A DNA stretch of 64,000 bases, from the IMG/VR virus record IMGVR_UViG_3300030376_006242. One strand, 5' to 3'. The notes below the pieces were generated by a model, which worked only from the letters and a program-made list of their open reading frames with translations, did no database searches and was not told the DNA's origin. The DNA comes from a virus (lineage: Duplodnaviria > Caudoviricetes). Positions 28,286-38,205 of this stretch are shown piece by piece. Made by a program: the position numbers and the translations under genes. Within the stretch, counting starts at the first letter, position 1; every line of letters begins with the position of its first letter.

Positions 28286-28437
28286 AACGTAGCCTTACAA
28301 AACCAGAAGAAAAAGCAAAAGAAAAATACGTCAAAGGTATGAAAAAAGCCAAAGGCGATTTTAAAGACCGTTATGGTGACGATGCTGAGGCAGTAATGTA
28401 TGCGACTGCTACCAAAATGGCAAAGAAAAACGCATAA
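28279..28437 (+). other. -1 frame extension (52 aa) reachable by slippage at the A9 run 28271-28279
   Basis: RLERSLTKPEEKAKEKYVKGMKKAKGDFKDRYGDDAEAVMYATATKMAKKNA; no start codon or SD at its 5' end. Confidence 0.6.
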
Positions 28438-28480
28438 TCAAAAAGCAATACACCACCAATTTTCAGCATAAGTATTATAT

Positions 28481-30064
28481 ATGAGTAATAAAAGTTTAGA
28501 CGGTGTCCTTACCAAAAAAGCACACCAACGTGAAAGGTTTACAGAAGAACAAATAGCAGATTTAGTTGCCTGCTCAAACGAAAAAACTGGCTTCGAAGCA
28601 TTTGCTAAAAAGTTTTTCTTTATACAACATCCTGTAAAAGGAAAATGTATTTTTGAACCTTTTGATTATCAAACAAGATTACTTCACAGTTATCACGATT
28701 TTAGATTTAATATTAATATGCTACCAAGACAAAGTGGTAAGACAACAACTGCCGCTTGTTATCTTTTATGGTATGCTATGTTCCACCCTGACCAAACAAT
28801 TCTAATTGCGGCACACAAATACACAGGTGCTCAAGAAATTATGCAACGTATAAGATATGGATATGAACTGTGTCCTGATTTTGTCAGAGCAGGTGTTACA
28901 AACTACAATAAAGGTTCAATGGAATTTGAAAATGGATCACGTATTGTATCAGCAACTACCACAGGTAACACAGGTAGAGGTATGTCTATATCATTATTAT
29001 ACTGTGATGAGTTTGCGTTTGTAAATCCAGGAATAGCACAAGAGTTTTGGACTTCTATTTCTCCAACACTAGCAACAGGTGGACGAGCGATTATTACTTC
29101 CACACCTAACTCAGATGAAGATGTATTTGCGACTATTTGGCGAGAAAGTCAAAACAAATTTGATGAACACGGCAACGAACAAGAATTAGGAATCAACGGT
29201 TTTCATGGATACACAGCAAGTTGGGACGAACATCCTGAGCGAGATGAAGAATGGAAAAAACAAGAATTAGGACGTATTGGTGAAGAAAGATTTAGACGTG
29301 AGTACGGTTGTGAATTTTTAGTTTACGATGAAACATTAGTCAACAGTTTAGTATTAACAACTTTAGAAGGTGCAGATCCTGTTTTAAATATGGGACAAAC
29401 ACGTTGGTACAAAAAACTTGATCCCCATGCCACTTACGTTGTCGCATTGGATCCAGCAATGGGTACAGGTGGAGACAATGCCGCAATTGAAGTATTTGAA
29501 TTGCCTACATACAAACAAGTAGCAGAATGGAAACACAACACAACGCCTATTCCACAGCAAATTAGAATAATGCGTGACATATGTAACTACATAAAAGAAG
29601 AAACAAAATCATCAGGCTCAAACATATATTGGAGTGTTGAAAACAATACCATAGGAGAATCAGCACTGTTAGTTATAAACGACTTTGGTGAAGACTCTAT
29701 ACCCGGTCTATTTGTATCAGAACCAATCAGAAAAGGACACATAAGAAAATTTAGAAAAGGATTTAATACCACACATAAAACAAAAATCACTGCTTGTTCA
29801 AGATTAAAAAATATGATTGAAAAAGAAAAATTAAAAATTTATAGCAAGCCACTAATTAGTGAACTTAAAAGTTTCATTGCCGCAGGTTCATCATTCAAAG
29901 CAAAATCAGGTCAAACAGATGATTTAGTGAGTGCTACACTGTTAATCATGCGTATTATTAGTGTGCTTAAAGACTGGGATCCAAAAATATACTCGTCTTT
30001 TAGCCAGGCTGATGAAGACACCCAAGACAAGGTGATGCCAATGCCTATATTTGTAAGCCACTAA
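28481..30064 (+). CDS. terL: Terminase large subunit (gp17-like)
   Basis: FIQHPVKG, LPRQSGKTT (Walker A), LLYCDEFAF (Walker B), ITSTPN, FRREYGCEF, ALDPAMG, VENN and DDLVSA. Confidence 0.95.
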   Translation: MSNKSLDGVLTKKAHQRERFTEEQIADLVACSNEKTGFEAFAKKFFFIQHPVKGKCIFEPFDYQTRLLHSYHDFRFNINMLPRQSGKTTTAACYLLWYAMFHPDQTILIAAHKYTGAQEIMQRIRYGYELCPDFVRAGVTNYNKGSMEFENGSRIVSATTTGNTGRGMSISLLYCDEFAFVNPGIAQEFWTSISPTLATGGRAIITSTPNSDEDVFATIWRESQNKFDEHGNEQELGINGFHGYTASWDEHPERDEEWKKQELGRIGEERFRREYGCEFLVYDETLVNSLVLTTLEGADPVLNMGQTRWYKKLDPHATYVVALDPAMGTGGDNAAIEVFELPTYKQVAEWKHNTTPIPQQIRIMRDICNYIKEETKSSGSNIYWSVENNTIGESALLVINDFGEDSIPGLFVSEPIRKGHIRKFRKGFNTTHKTKITACSRLKNMIEKEKLKIYSKPLISELKSFIAAGSSFKAKSGQTDDLVSATLLIMRIISVLKDWDPKIYSSFSQADEDTQDKVMPMPIFVSH

Positions 30065-30080
30065 CAGATAAATACACTAT

Positions 30081-32357
30081 ATGAACTTAAATGTTATAGC
30101 AAAAGACCTTTTTAACAAGATTAGAGGGCAATTTCCTCAGGTTACATTGGGTGATTCACAGGGTAAAGCAACCACTGAACCCACTGAAGCAAGGTTCTTT
30201 GACTTCGATTTCAAAGAGGGCGGAAACACTCTAGGAAAGGTAAGTATTAGCATAAGTGAAGAAGATGGCTTGGTTGTAATGCACAGCAAAGACTTTGTAG
30301 AACAGTCAGATGAGCCATTAAAACACGGTTGGTACAACTTTTTAAAAGAATTAAGAAGTTTTGCTAAAGCAAGAGTGCTTGGGTTTGATACAAGAGATAT
30401 CACAAAAAGCAATCTTGAAAAAAGAGACTACGATTTTTTAGGACAAGGAAAAGAGGTAGAAAAAGTGAGCGAATCAAATTTATACGGTACAACAAAAACA
30501 AGTTTTCAATCTGTGGGCGAAGCACGTTTAGTAATTAAACATTCTGCTCCAGTAAATCCAACAGTAGCAGGTGGTAGAACACACAGAATAGAATCTCTTT
30601 TCATAGAAAACAATGCAGGCGAAAGATTCAAATATCCATTTAAACATTTAAACGGTGCTAGAGCAATGGCACGTCACGTATCAGAGGGCGGCAATCCATT
30701 TGACGACTTTGGTAAGCACATTTCTGAAATGAGTTCAGAATTAAATCAATTAAGAAAATTCAAAACATACATGAACAGATCAAGTGTGATGGCAGAAGGT
30801 CTTAAACAATATCAATCTGTTGTAGATGAAAGAATTGAAGAAATTAAATCAAATTGTTTAAAATTACAAAAACAATCAGCATACAAAGAATCATTTGAAA
30901 GTTACAGTAAATCAGAATTAGCAGAAGTTCCAGAAGATGTGAAACAATCTTGGATAGACGAATTAACTATTAAAACATTCAACGAAGAATTACAAGATGT
31001 GTTTCCTTACATCTACAAACTTGTTTCTGAAAGAACAGCAATAGAAGAATTAGGTCCAACATCATTTGAAGCACATGGATACCAAGGTGGAACAGAACCA
31101 AGAACATTAAAATATGATTTAGTTGGCGACTTTGATCCTGAGAATCCAGTTGGAGACATGGATGTAGATAATATTCAAAACTTATTATCCAAAGCAGGAA
31201 TATCAGCAGATGTACAACCAGATGAATCTAGATTCCAGGGCGTAGTTGTACACACAGATACAAATCCAGAAGAAGTTGAAAAAGTTTTAGGCGGAATGAT
31301 TGAGACTGTGGATAACTTTCATGAATTTGAATCAGCAATGGATGATATTGTAAGAGAAGACAATGGTTTATTTTCAGATGATGCTGAAGAACAACAACAA
31401 GCATTAGAACAATTAAACAAATTAATGGCTAAACATTTTCCTGTAGGTATCAATGGTACAAACGGTATTGAAAGTCTAGCAGGTATAATTGATGATCAAG
31501 AATTAAATTCACAAATTCAAAAAGCGGCTAAAGAAAATTCAGATGCTTGTATGCGTCCAATGATAATGGATTATGTATCACAAAAAGATCCTACACTGGT
31601 TTCAAAAATTGACACAGGTGATATGAATAATGAACCTAAAGAAGATGAAGCAATTACATTTGAAGACATCAAACCTTATGTGTCTATGTATCAAGGCAAA
31701 GATGGTAAAATGGTATATGATGTGTTAGGTAAAGATGGCGAGTCAGTAGAAAAATTTGGTGATGCCAAAGCGGCAATGGCTTATTTAAAACAGAATTTCG
31801 ACAAATTAAGAAACAAAGGTGTAAAAGAAAAAACAACAGCACACGATCTAGATACAGATTACGAAGGATCATTTGATTATGAACTTACAGGTGATGATGG
31901 AGAAATGGCTCACGGTACAATCAAATACAAAGCAATCAACGGACAAGTTGATCCTAACAGTTTAGAAGGTGAATACACATACGATGGCAATCATAAAATT
32001 GACGACGATACAGCAGATGAAATGATTAAGCCAGGTGGCTCAGAACATGAAGAAGCATTGAAAGCCGCACAAGAAGATTATGATCACGTATCAGACAAGA
32101 TGCGTTCAAAGTTTGGTATGGAAGACAAAGAAGATAAAGCATTCAACAACAAAGAAGAAACTGTAGAAGACTTCGTAAAAAGTTTCTTTGACTACACTTC
32201 AAATCAATTTCCTAAAGGTGAAACAGCAGTACTAACTTCAGTAGAAAAGAAGTTTGGTGACAGTGCTGTGGCAACTGCACAGGAAACAATCAAAGACTTA
32301 ATGGCAAATAAAGATCCCGAGATTGCCAAAATCAAAAGATTAGCAGGCGTTCAGTAA
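30081..32357 (+). CDS. Hypothetical large acidic virion-associated protein
   Basis: TAAATA 6 nt before the ATG; GERFKYPF...GARAMARHV core and IAKIKRLAGVQ C-terminus. Confidence 0.55.
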   Translation: MNLNVIAKDLFNKIRGQFPQVTLGDSQGKATTEPTEARFFDFDFKEGGNTLGKVSISISEEDGLVVMHSKDFVEQSDEPLKHGWYNFLKELRSFAKARVLGFDTRDITKSNLEKRDYDFLGQGKEVEKVSESNLYGTTKTSFQSVGEARLVIKHSAPVNPTVAGGRTHRIESLFIENNAGERFKYPFKHLNGARAMARHVSEGGNPFDDFGKHISEMSSELNQLRKFKTYMNRSSVMAEGLKQYQSVVDERIEEIKSNCLKLQKQSAYKESFESYSKSELAEVPEDVKQSWIDELTIKTFNEELQDVFPYIYKLVSERTAIEELGPTSFEAHGYQGGTEPRTLKYDLVGDFDPENPVGDMDVDNIQNLLSKAGISADVQPDESRFQGVVVHTDTNPEEVEKVLGGMIETVDNFHEFESAMDDIVREDNGLFSDDAEEQQQALEQLNKLMAKHFPVGINGTNGIESLAGIIDDQELNSQIQKAAKENSDACMRPMIMDYVSQKDPTLVSKIDTGDMNNEPKEDEAITFEDIKPYVSMYQGKDGKMVYDVLGKDGESVEKFGDAKAAMAYLKQNFDKLRNKGVKEKTTAHDLDTDYEGSFDYELTGDDGEMAHGTIKYKAINGQVDPNSLEGEYTYDGNHKIDDDTADEMIKPGGSEHEEALKAAQEDYDHVSDKMRSKFGMEDKEDKAFNNKEETVEDFVKSFFDYTSNQFPKGETAVLTSVEKKFGDSAVATAQETIKDLMANKDPEIAKIKRLAGVQ

Positions 32358-32376
32358 TAAACTTTACCAATTCAGG

Positions 32377-32433
32377 TTGACTAAATAGTAATATTAGTAT
32401 ATATTTGACAATATGTTTGTCTTGTGCTATACT
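32377..32433 (+). promoter_or_regulatory. Tandem sigma70-type promoters for the SSB gene
   Basis: TTGACT-17-TATATT (32377-32405) and TTGACA-17-TATACT (32405-32433). Confidence 0.75.
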
Positions 32434-32488
32434 AATATTTTAAAGGCACATAATATAATAATAACAGGCAATAAAGGAGGCTTAAATT

Positions 32489-33451
32489 ATGGCAACACTA
32501 CAAGAGATAAGAGCAAAACTGAAAGAACAAGAATCTAAATCAGGTGGCTCTAATTCAAGAACAGGCGGAGACAACGCCATTTACCCATTTTGGAATCTAA
32601 AAGAAGGAGAGCAGGCAACTGTTCGTTTCTTGCCAGATGGTGACAAAGAAAACACTTTTTTCTGGAAAGAAAGGTTAATGATCAAATTACCTTTCGCAGG
32701 AATTAAAGGTGAAACTGATTCAAGACCAGTCCAAGTACAAGTTCCATGTATGGAAATGTACGGCGAGTCTTGTAATATCTTATCCGAAGTAAGAGGATGG
32801 TTCAAAGATCCTAAATTAGAAGATTTGGGGAGAAAATATTGGAAGAAAAGAAGTTACATTTTCCAAGGTTTTGTAAAAGACGATCCAATCGGTGAAGAAA
32901 ACACTCCAGAGAATCCAATTAGAAGATTCATAATTGGTCCACAAATATTCCAAATAATTAAAGGAGCATTGATGGATCCAGATATGGAAGACCTTCCAAC
33001 TGATTCTGTGAACGGTGTTGATTTTAGAATTATCAAAACATCCAAAGGCGGATATGCTGATTATTCAACATCAACATGGTCTAGAAAATCTACTCCATTA
33101 ACAGAAGAAGAAAACAAAGCGATTGAAAGCAATACTCTTTTCAATCTTAATGATTTCCTTCCGAAAAAACCTAGCGAAGTAGAAGTTAAGGTTATGAAGG
33201 AGATGTTTGAAGCATCTGTTGACGGTGAAGCATATGATCAAGATAAATTTGGTCAATACTTTAGACCGGCAGGCTTGTCATCAAGAACTGGTGATCCAGT
33301 AACTCCGAAAGCAGAAACTCCAGCACCAGCGGCTGAAGTGAAAGCACAACCGGTTGCTGAAACAAAGCAAGAAGCACCAAAGCCAACTGCTGAATCAAGC
33401 GGAAAAGCAGAGGACATCTTAGCAATGATAAGAGCAAGACAACAAAAATAA
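32489..33451 (+). CDS. Single-stranded DNA-binding protein (T4 gp32-like)
   Basis: VRFLPD, YWKKRSY, IIGPQIF, GVDFRIIKT and GYADYSTS; AGGAGG SD. Confidence 0.85.
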   Translation: MATLQEIRAKLKEQESKSGGSNSRTGGDNAIYPFWNLKEGEQATVRFLPDGDKENTFFWKERLMIKLPFAGIKGETDSRPVQVQVPCMEMYGESCNILSEVRGWFKDPKLEDLGRKYWKKRSYIFQGFVKDDPIGEENTPENPIRRFIIGPQIFQIIKGALMDPDMEDLPTDSVNGVDFRIIKTSKGGYADYSTSTWSRKSTPLTEEENKAIESNTLFNLNDFLPKKPSEVEVKVMKEMFEASVDGEAYDQDKFGQYFRPAGLSSRTGDPVTPKAETPAPAAEVKAQPVAETKQEAPKPTAESSGKAEDILAMIRARQQK

Positions 33452-33463
33452 TAATAAGCACAT

Positions 33464-33485
33464 TGTGGGGAGGCAACTCCCCACA
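33464..33485 (+). other. GNRA-capped hairpin between the SSB and UvsX genes
   Basis: TGTGGGGAG-GCAA-CTCCCCACA is a perfect 9-bp stem with no U-tract. Confidence 0.7.
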
Positions 33486-33505
33486 CAACTTAAAGGTAAA
33501 AAATT

Positions 33506-34567
33506 ATGGTAAAGGCATTTGACGTTAGTAAGTTTAGAAAAACTTTAACAAAATCCATCACTGGAATGAGTGCTGGGTTTCATGATCCAACAGATTGGAT
33601 CTCTACAGGCAATTACGCACTTAACTATTTGGTAAGTGGTGATTTTAACAAAGGTATTCCATTAGGAAAAGTAACTGTATTCGCAGGTGAATCAGGAGCA
33701 GGTAAGTCATATATTTGTTCTGGTAACATTGTAAAAGCGGCACAGGATCAAGGTATCTTTGTAGTATTAATTGATTCAGAGAACGCACTAGATGAAACTT
33801 GGTTACAAGCATTAAACGTAGACACTGATGAGAAAAAATTATTAAAATTAAACATGAGTATGATTGATGATGTTGCTAAAACAGTATCAACATTTATGGA
33901 TGATTATAAAGCAATGAGTGACGAAGACAGACCAAAAGTATTATTTGTTATTGATAGTTTGGGTATGTTGTTAACTCCAACAGATGTAGATCAGTTTACA
34001 AAAGGTGATATGAAAGGTGACATGGGTAGAAAACCTAAGGCACTTACAGCACTTGTAAGAAACTGTGTTAATATGTTTGGTAGTCATAATGTAGGACTTG
34101 TTGCTACAAACCACACATACGCATCGCAAGATATGTTTGATCCAGATGATAAGATATCAGGTGGACAAGGATTTATCTATGCTTCTTCAATTGTAGTAGC
34201 AATGAAAAAATTGAAACTAAAAGAAGATGAAGATGGTAACAAAGTTACTGATGTAAGAGGTATCAGAGCCGGCTGTAAAGTTATGAAAACTAGATATGCT
34301 AAACCTTTTGAAGGCGTACAAGTAAAAATTCCATATGAAACTGGAATGAATCCTTACTCAGGACTTGTAGATCTTTTTGAGAAAAAAGGTATATTAGTAA
34401 AAGACGGTAACAGACTTAAATATGTTGATTCAAAAGGAACAGAAACAAAAGAATATCGTAAAGTTTGGGAAAGCGGTGGAGAATTGCTGGACAATATTAT
34501 GAAGGAATTTGTTGATACTGATTCTAATGAAACTGAAAAAGAAACCGTTAACGCAGTTGAGGAATAA
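33506..34567 (+). CDS. uvsX: RecA-like recombinase (UvsX)
   Basis: ISTGNYALN, AGESGAGKS, IDSENALD, VIDSLG, TNHTY and SGGQG. Confidence 0.9.
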   Translation: MVKAFDVSKFRKTLTKSITGMSAGFHDPTDWISTGNYALNYLVSGDFNKGIPLGKVTVFAGESGAGKSYICSGNIVKAAQDQGIFVVLIDSENALDETWLQALNVDTDEKKLLKLNMSMIDDVAKTVSTFMDDYKAMSDEDRPKVLFVIDSLGMLLTPTDVDQFTKGDMKGDMGRKPKALTALVRNCVNMFGSHNVGLVATNHTYASQDMFDPDDKISGGQGFIYASSIVVAMKKLKLKEDEDGNKVTDVRGIRAGCKVMKTRYAKPFEGVQVKIPYETGMNPYSGLVDLFEKKGILVKDGNRLKYVDSKGTETKEYRKVWESGGELLDNIMKEFVDTDSNETEKETVNAVEE

Positions 34568-34786
34568 ATGATTGAAGGAACTCAAGTAGTTGAAATTTGG
34601 CAATTTTTTAGAGAGTACATGGATAGAAAACAACCTGTCGAAGTAGTTGCTGAAAAATTTGTAGATTTGATGGCAGACTATGGTGTTGGAGATGAAGATT
34701 TTCAAGATGCCTTAGGAGCAGATGACGATCTAGACAAAGCAATTCAATATTATTTAGATACAGATTCCGAAGAAGAGGATTATTAA
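34568..34786 (+). CDS. Hypothetical acidic protein
   Basis: 72-aa ORF abutting uvsX, with a GAGGA SD. Confidence 0.6.
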   Translation: MIEGTQVVEIWQFFREYMDRKQPVEVVAEKFVDLMADYGVGDEDFQDALGADDDLDKAIQYYLDTDSEEEDY

Positions 34787-35244
34787 TGGCTGGGTGGTAT
34801 CAGAAAATAGCAAAAGATATTGGTGTTATTCCTGATGCCATCAGACATTATGAAAACGAATTAGAACAAGCAAAATCAGAAATAAGAATTAGAGGCAATA
34901 TTGAAAAAGCATCAGCAGATATGCCTGGTATTGTAGAACAAAGATTTAATCAATTACAAGAAATTGAAGCAATACTACAATACATGAACATAGAATTACG
35001 TAGATTACGTTCAAAACATTTCAAAAAATATTTAGAAAATTATCAAAGAGCATTATCCAGCAGAGACGTTGAAAAATATGTAGACGGTGAGTCTGATGTT
35101 GTTGATTATGAAAAAATTATCAATGAATTCGCACTGTTAAGAAATAAATGGTTAGGTATTACAAAAGGACTTGACCAAAAGCAATGGCAAATGACTAACA
35201 TAGTCAAGTTGAGAGTTGCTGGTATGGAAGACGCTTCTATATAA
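34786..35244 (+). CDS. uvsY: Recombination mediator (UvsY-like)
   Basis: Helical protein with YLENYQRALSSRDVEKYVDGE...KGLDQKQWQMTNIVKLRVAG, downstream of uvsX. Confidence 0.75.
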   Translation: MAGWYQKIAKDIGVIPDAIRHYENELEQAKSEIRIRGNIEKASADMPGIVEQRFNQLQEIEAILQYMNIELRRLRSKHFKKYLENYQRALSSRDVEKYVDGESDVVDYEKIINEFALLRNKWLGITKGLDQKQWQMTNIVKLRVAGMEDASI

Positions 35245-35267
35245 CATATCACCAAAAAACATTCCAA

Positions 35268-35273
35268 TAAATA
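35268..35273 (+). promoter_or_regulatory. T4-late-like promoter core at the head of the glycosyltransferase island
   Basis: AATAAATAT; ATG 6 nt downstream. Confidence 0.55.
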
Positions 35274-35279
35274 TTCAAA

Positions 35280-36020
35280 ATGAACTTGAATATTCCATCA
35301 TACATAATCACAATGCAGGGAAATACTGTCAGCGAAACATTAGCAAAAGAATGTATGGACTCTGCTAAAAAATTTGGATTGAATCCTGAAATATTTCCTG
35401 CTGTACATGGAAATCAAATTGATTCAGCATGGCGAGAGCACAATTTAAAATATTTTAAATTTAATCAACGTATAAAAAAATTAAATCAAGGCACGATTGG
35501 TTGCTTAATATCACATCTGTTATTATGGAAAAAATGTATTGCTATTAAGAAGCCTATTTTAGTCCTTGAACACGATGCCGTTGTAATTCGTCCTATACCT
35601 AGTGTAATTACAGAAAAATTTACTGAAGTCTGCAACTTAGATTGGTTAAGCAGATTAACATCAAACTACGATGAGGAAGTACAAGAAGATAGAGGCGATG
35701 ATGTCACAATTTTTATGAAAAAACGTCCATCTGCATCAGGTTTAGAACTTTATAATAAAACACACATCAAAGGTTCCCATTCATATATTGTTAAACCTCA
35801 AGGTGCACAAAGATTAATAGATTGGGTTTGGGCCGCAGGTGCTTTGTCTCCTGATGTTGTTATGAATAGTATCAGTTGTTCCCTAACGTATTCAAATACA
35901 AGTTATTGTAGAATAAATCCTAAATTTTGGGACTCTAAAAGGATGAAAGGTACTCGTTCTTTTTGTAGACCAACTGCAGAAGAGAAAATACAAATGAAAG
36001 AGACAAGAAATGCTGTTTGA
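35280..36020 (+). CDS. Glycosyltransferase, GT25-like
   Basis: YIITM, FPAVHG, GCLISHLLLWKKC, LVLEHDA and GSHSYIVKP. Confidence 0.8.
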   Translation: MNLNIPSYIITMQGNTVSETLAKECMDSAKKFGLNPEIFPAVHGNQIDSAWREHNLKYFKFNQRIKKLNQGTIGCLISHLLLWKKCIAIKKPILVLEHDAVVIRPIPSVITEKFTEVCNLDWLSRLTSNYDEEVQEDRGDDVTIFMKKRPSASGLELYNKTHIKGSHSYIVKPQGAQRLIDWVWAAGALSPDVVMNSISCSLTYSNTSYCRINPKFWDSKRMKGTRSFCRPTAEEKIQMKETRNAV

Positions 36021-36861
36021 CCATCAAGAAATTAAAGGAGACTTACCGGTAAACAAATCACACGTGTTGTTTTTTAGTTGTGACCCAAAATACTGGGCTG
36101 AACATGGTCAATATTTGGCAAAAAGTACTTTAACTTTGAATAAACAAAATCATATACACGTACACGTCCACATGATTTATGAATATGATCAAACACATAA
36201 ATTAAAAAATTTGATAGACGATGAAAATATTACATACACCTACGAGATTCATGATAAAGGTTTTTATGACCAATTCACGCTGGCAAAAGACCATCCAATG
36301 TTCGGTAGAGGTCCAGAAATTTGTAACACAACCACTGATGATGAATTAAAACGAAAAATTTATCTTTCTAGTGCAAGATTTTTTTACTTTGATAAATTTT
36401 TTACTAAAAATCAACACGTATTACAATTAGATGCCGACGGACTTGCTAGAGTAAGAGTACCATTGCAGGAATTTAAAGAGATTACCACAGAGCCTGCGGC
36501 AATGCGTAAACCTAAAGACCCAAAAGTGTACATTGCTAGTTGTGTAACACCTGGAATAGGTGATCTTGGAGATAAATTTAAAAAAGAATTATCGAGTAGT
36601 ATGATCGAAGCATTCAAAAAACCAATTTACTGGTTTGTTGATCAACATATACTGAAAGAACTTTTAGATGCACGGGAGTTTGTTTCAATACCATACAAAT
36701 GGAACAGTTGGGGACTTAAATCAGGAGGTGAAATTTTCAGTACAGCAAAAGGCACAAAAAAATATGGATTTAGATACAAGTCATTAAAATACGCTTGGTT
36801 CAAAGATAAAGAAAAATTAAAATTTCACAAAGAAATGGCAAAAAAACATGACAAATCCTAA
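36010..36861 (+). CDS. Putative GT-A nucleotide-sugar transferase
   Basis: SARFF, LQLDAD (DxD) and WFVDQ. Confidence 0.6.
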   Translation: MLFDHQEIKGDLPVNKSHVLFFSCDPKYWAEHGQYLAKSTLTLNKQNHIHVHVHMIYEYDQTHKLKNLIDDENITYTYEIHDKGFYDQFTLAKDHPMFGRGPEICNTTTDDELKRKIYLSSARFFYFDKFFTKNQHVLQLDADGLARVRVPLQEFKEITTEPAAMRKPKDPKVYIASCVTPGIGDLGDKFKKELSSSMIEAFKKPIYWFVDQHILKELLDAREFVSIPYKWNSWGLKSGGEIFSTAKGTKKYGFRYKSLKYAWFKDKEKLKFHKEMAKKHDKS

Positions 36862-37429
36862 AGGTTATATTATACATTTAAAAAATCATGGAAACTCTAT
36901 AGAATGGGCCAATCATGCTTTGGACACTGGTACAAAACTTGAATGGCAATTAGAATTGTATGACGGAGTAGACGGCACAAAAGAAAATTTAGACGACTAT
37001 GGAGTAAAAATTTTCCCGCACAACAAAAAATGTGTAAGATTATTATCTCGACCAGGTACACAAGGATGTTTTCTAAGTCAATACAAATTATGGAATAAAT
37101 GTGTGGAAGAAAATCAAGAAATTTGTATATTTGAACATGATGTTGTTTTCAAAAAAACATTTTCGATAGACCAAAGTTTTAATGATGTTTTAAAATTTGA
37201 AGGATTTAAACCTGCTAAACCAATGCCAGTAGGACAATGGTGGGAAGGTGCTAGAGCATACTGTTTGAAGCCGGAAGGTGCAAAAAAATTGATTAATTTT
37301 GTAAAAACACAAGGTGCCATGCCAGCAGATTGGTGTCTGAACTCAGGCATCTTGGACGTTGTTTTTGATAAATCTAATAAAGTAACATTTGATCAGAAAA
37401 AATTCAGTTTTACAAAGGATTTAAAATGA
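36848..37429 (+). CDS. Glycosyltransferase, GT25-like
   Basis: YIIHL, DGVDG, GCFLSQYKLW, IFEHDV and GARAYCLKP. Confidence 0.8.
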   Translation: MTNPKGYIIHLKNHGNSIEWANHALDTGTKLEWQLELYDGVDGTKENLDDYGVKIFPHNKKCVRLLSRPGTQGCFLSQYKLWNKCVEENQEICIFEHDVVFKKTFSIDQSFNDVLKFEGFKPAKPMPVGQWWEGARAYCLKPEGAKKLINFVKTQGAMPADWCLNSGILDVVFDKSNKVTFDQKKFSFTKDLK

Positions 37430-38205
37430 AAAAGTTAATATTTCAAGTTAGTGTGGGTAAACCAAGCAAACTTTATACAACTTGTATTGATAGTGTAGCA
37501 AAATATTGTAAAAAATATAGTATAGATCACATTGTTCTGACTGAACCCAAACTAAGAATACGTCCTGACTTGAATAGAACAGGTAGAAGCAAACAAGCAG
37601 TAGAAAAATTAGGTTATTTGCCTATCTACGAGAAAGAAAATGCTTTTGAATATTTCGATAGATACGATCAGATAGCCATAGTGGACAGCGACATATACAT
37701 AAAGTCAACTGCACCTGATATATTTTTAGACTTACCACAAGAATATGACTTCGGTGGTGTTGCTGAAAGAGAATTACCATTAACACCTAAATATCAAAAC
37801 AAAATTACCAAATATTCACGTAGTGCTTTTACAAATCTGAAAGATGTTGACTGGCGTTGGAATAATTTAGGAGCAGAATTTTATAACATGGGTCTAATGG
37901 TGATGAATAAATCATTCGCTACATATTTGAAAGGACAAACCCCTAAAGAATTTATTTCAAGACCTGAATTTAAGGATTTTGTTGATGGCGTTGGATTTTA
38001 CAAATGGAGCACAGATCAGATGTTGTTGAACTGGTTTGTAAAAAAAGAAAAAATGAAATGTAAAAACATGGACTGGCGTTGGAACTCATTATACACAGCA
38101 GTAACGAAGGATAGACAACAAGAAAGTTTCTTCACACACTTCTTTTTAAGAGATCATTTACCCAACCGCGGTGAAAACATAGAAGAATTATTAGGAAAAA
38201 TATGA
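37426..38205 (+). CDS. Putative GT-A glycosyltransferase (GT8/GT34-like)
   Basis: YEKEN, IVDSDIYI, YNMGLMV, DQMLLN and WRWN. Confidence 0.7.
   Translation: MKKLIFQVSVGKPSKLYTTCIDSVAKYCKKYSIDHIVLTEPKLRIRPDLNRTGRSKQAVEKLGYLPIYEKENAFEYFDRYDQIAIVDSDIYIKSTAPDIFLDLPQEYDFGGVAERELPLTPKYQNKITKYSRSAFTNLKDVDWRWNNLGAEFYNMGLMVMNKSFATYLKGQTPKEFISRPEFKDFVDGVGFYKWSTDQMLLNWFVKKEKMKCKNMDWRWNSLYTAVTKDRQQESFFTHFFLRDHLPNRGENIEELLGKI

Noticed and set aside
33464-33485. Intrinsic terminator after the SSB gene
   Set aside because: No U-tract follows the stem on either strand; it is kept only as a structural hairpin.
28481-34567. Inteins or introns in terL and uvsX
   Set aside because: Lengths are normal and the conserved motifs are contiguous.
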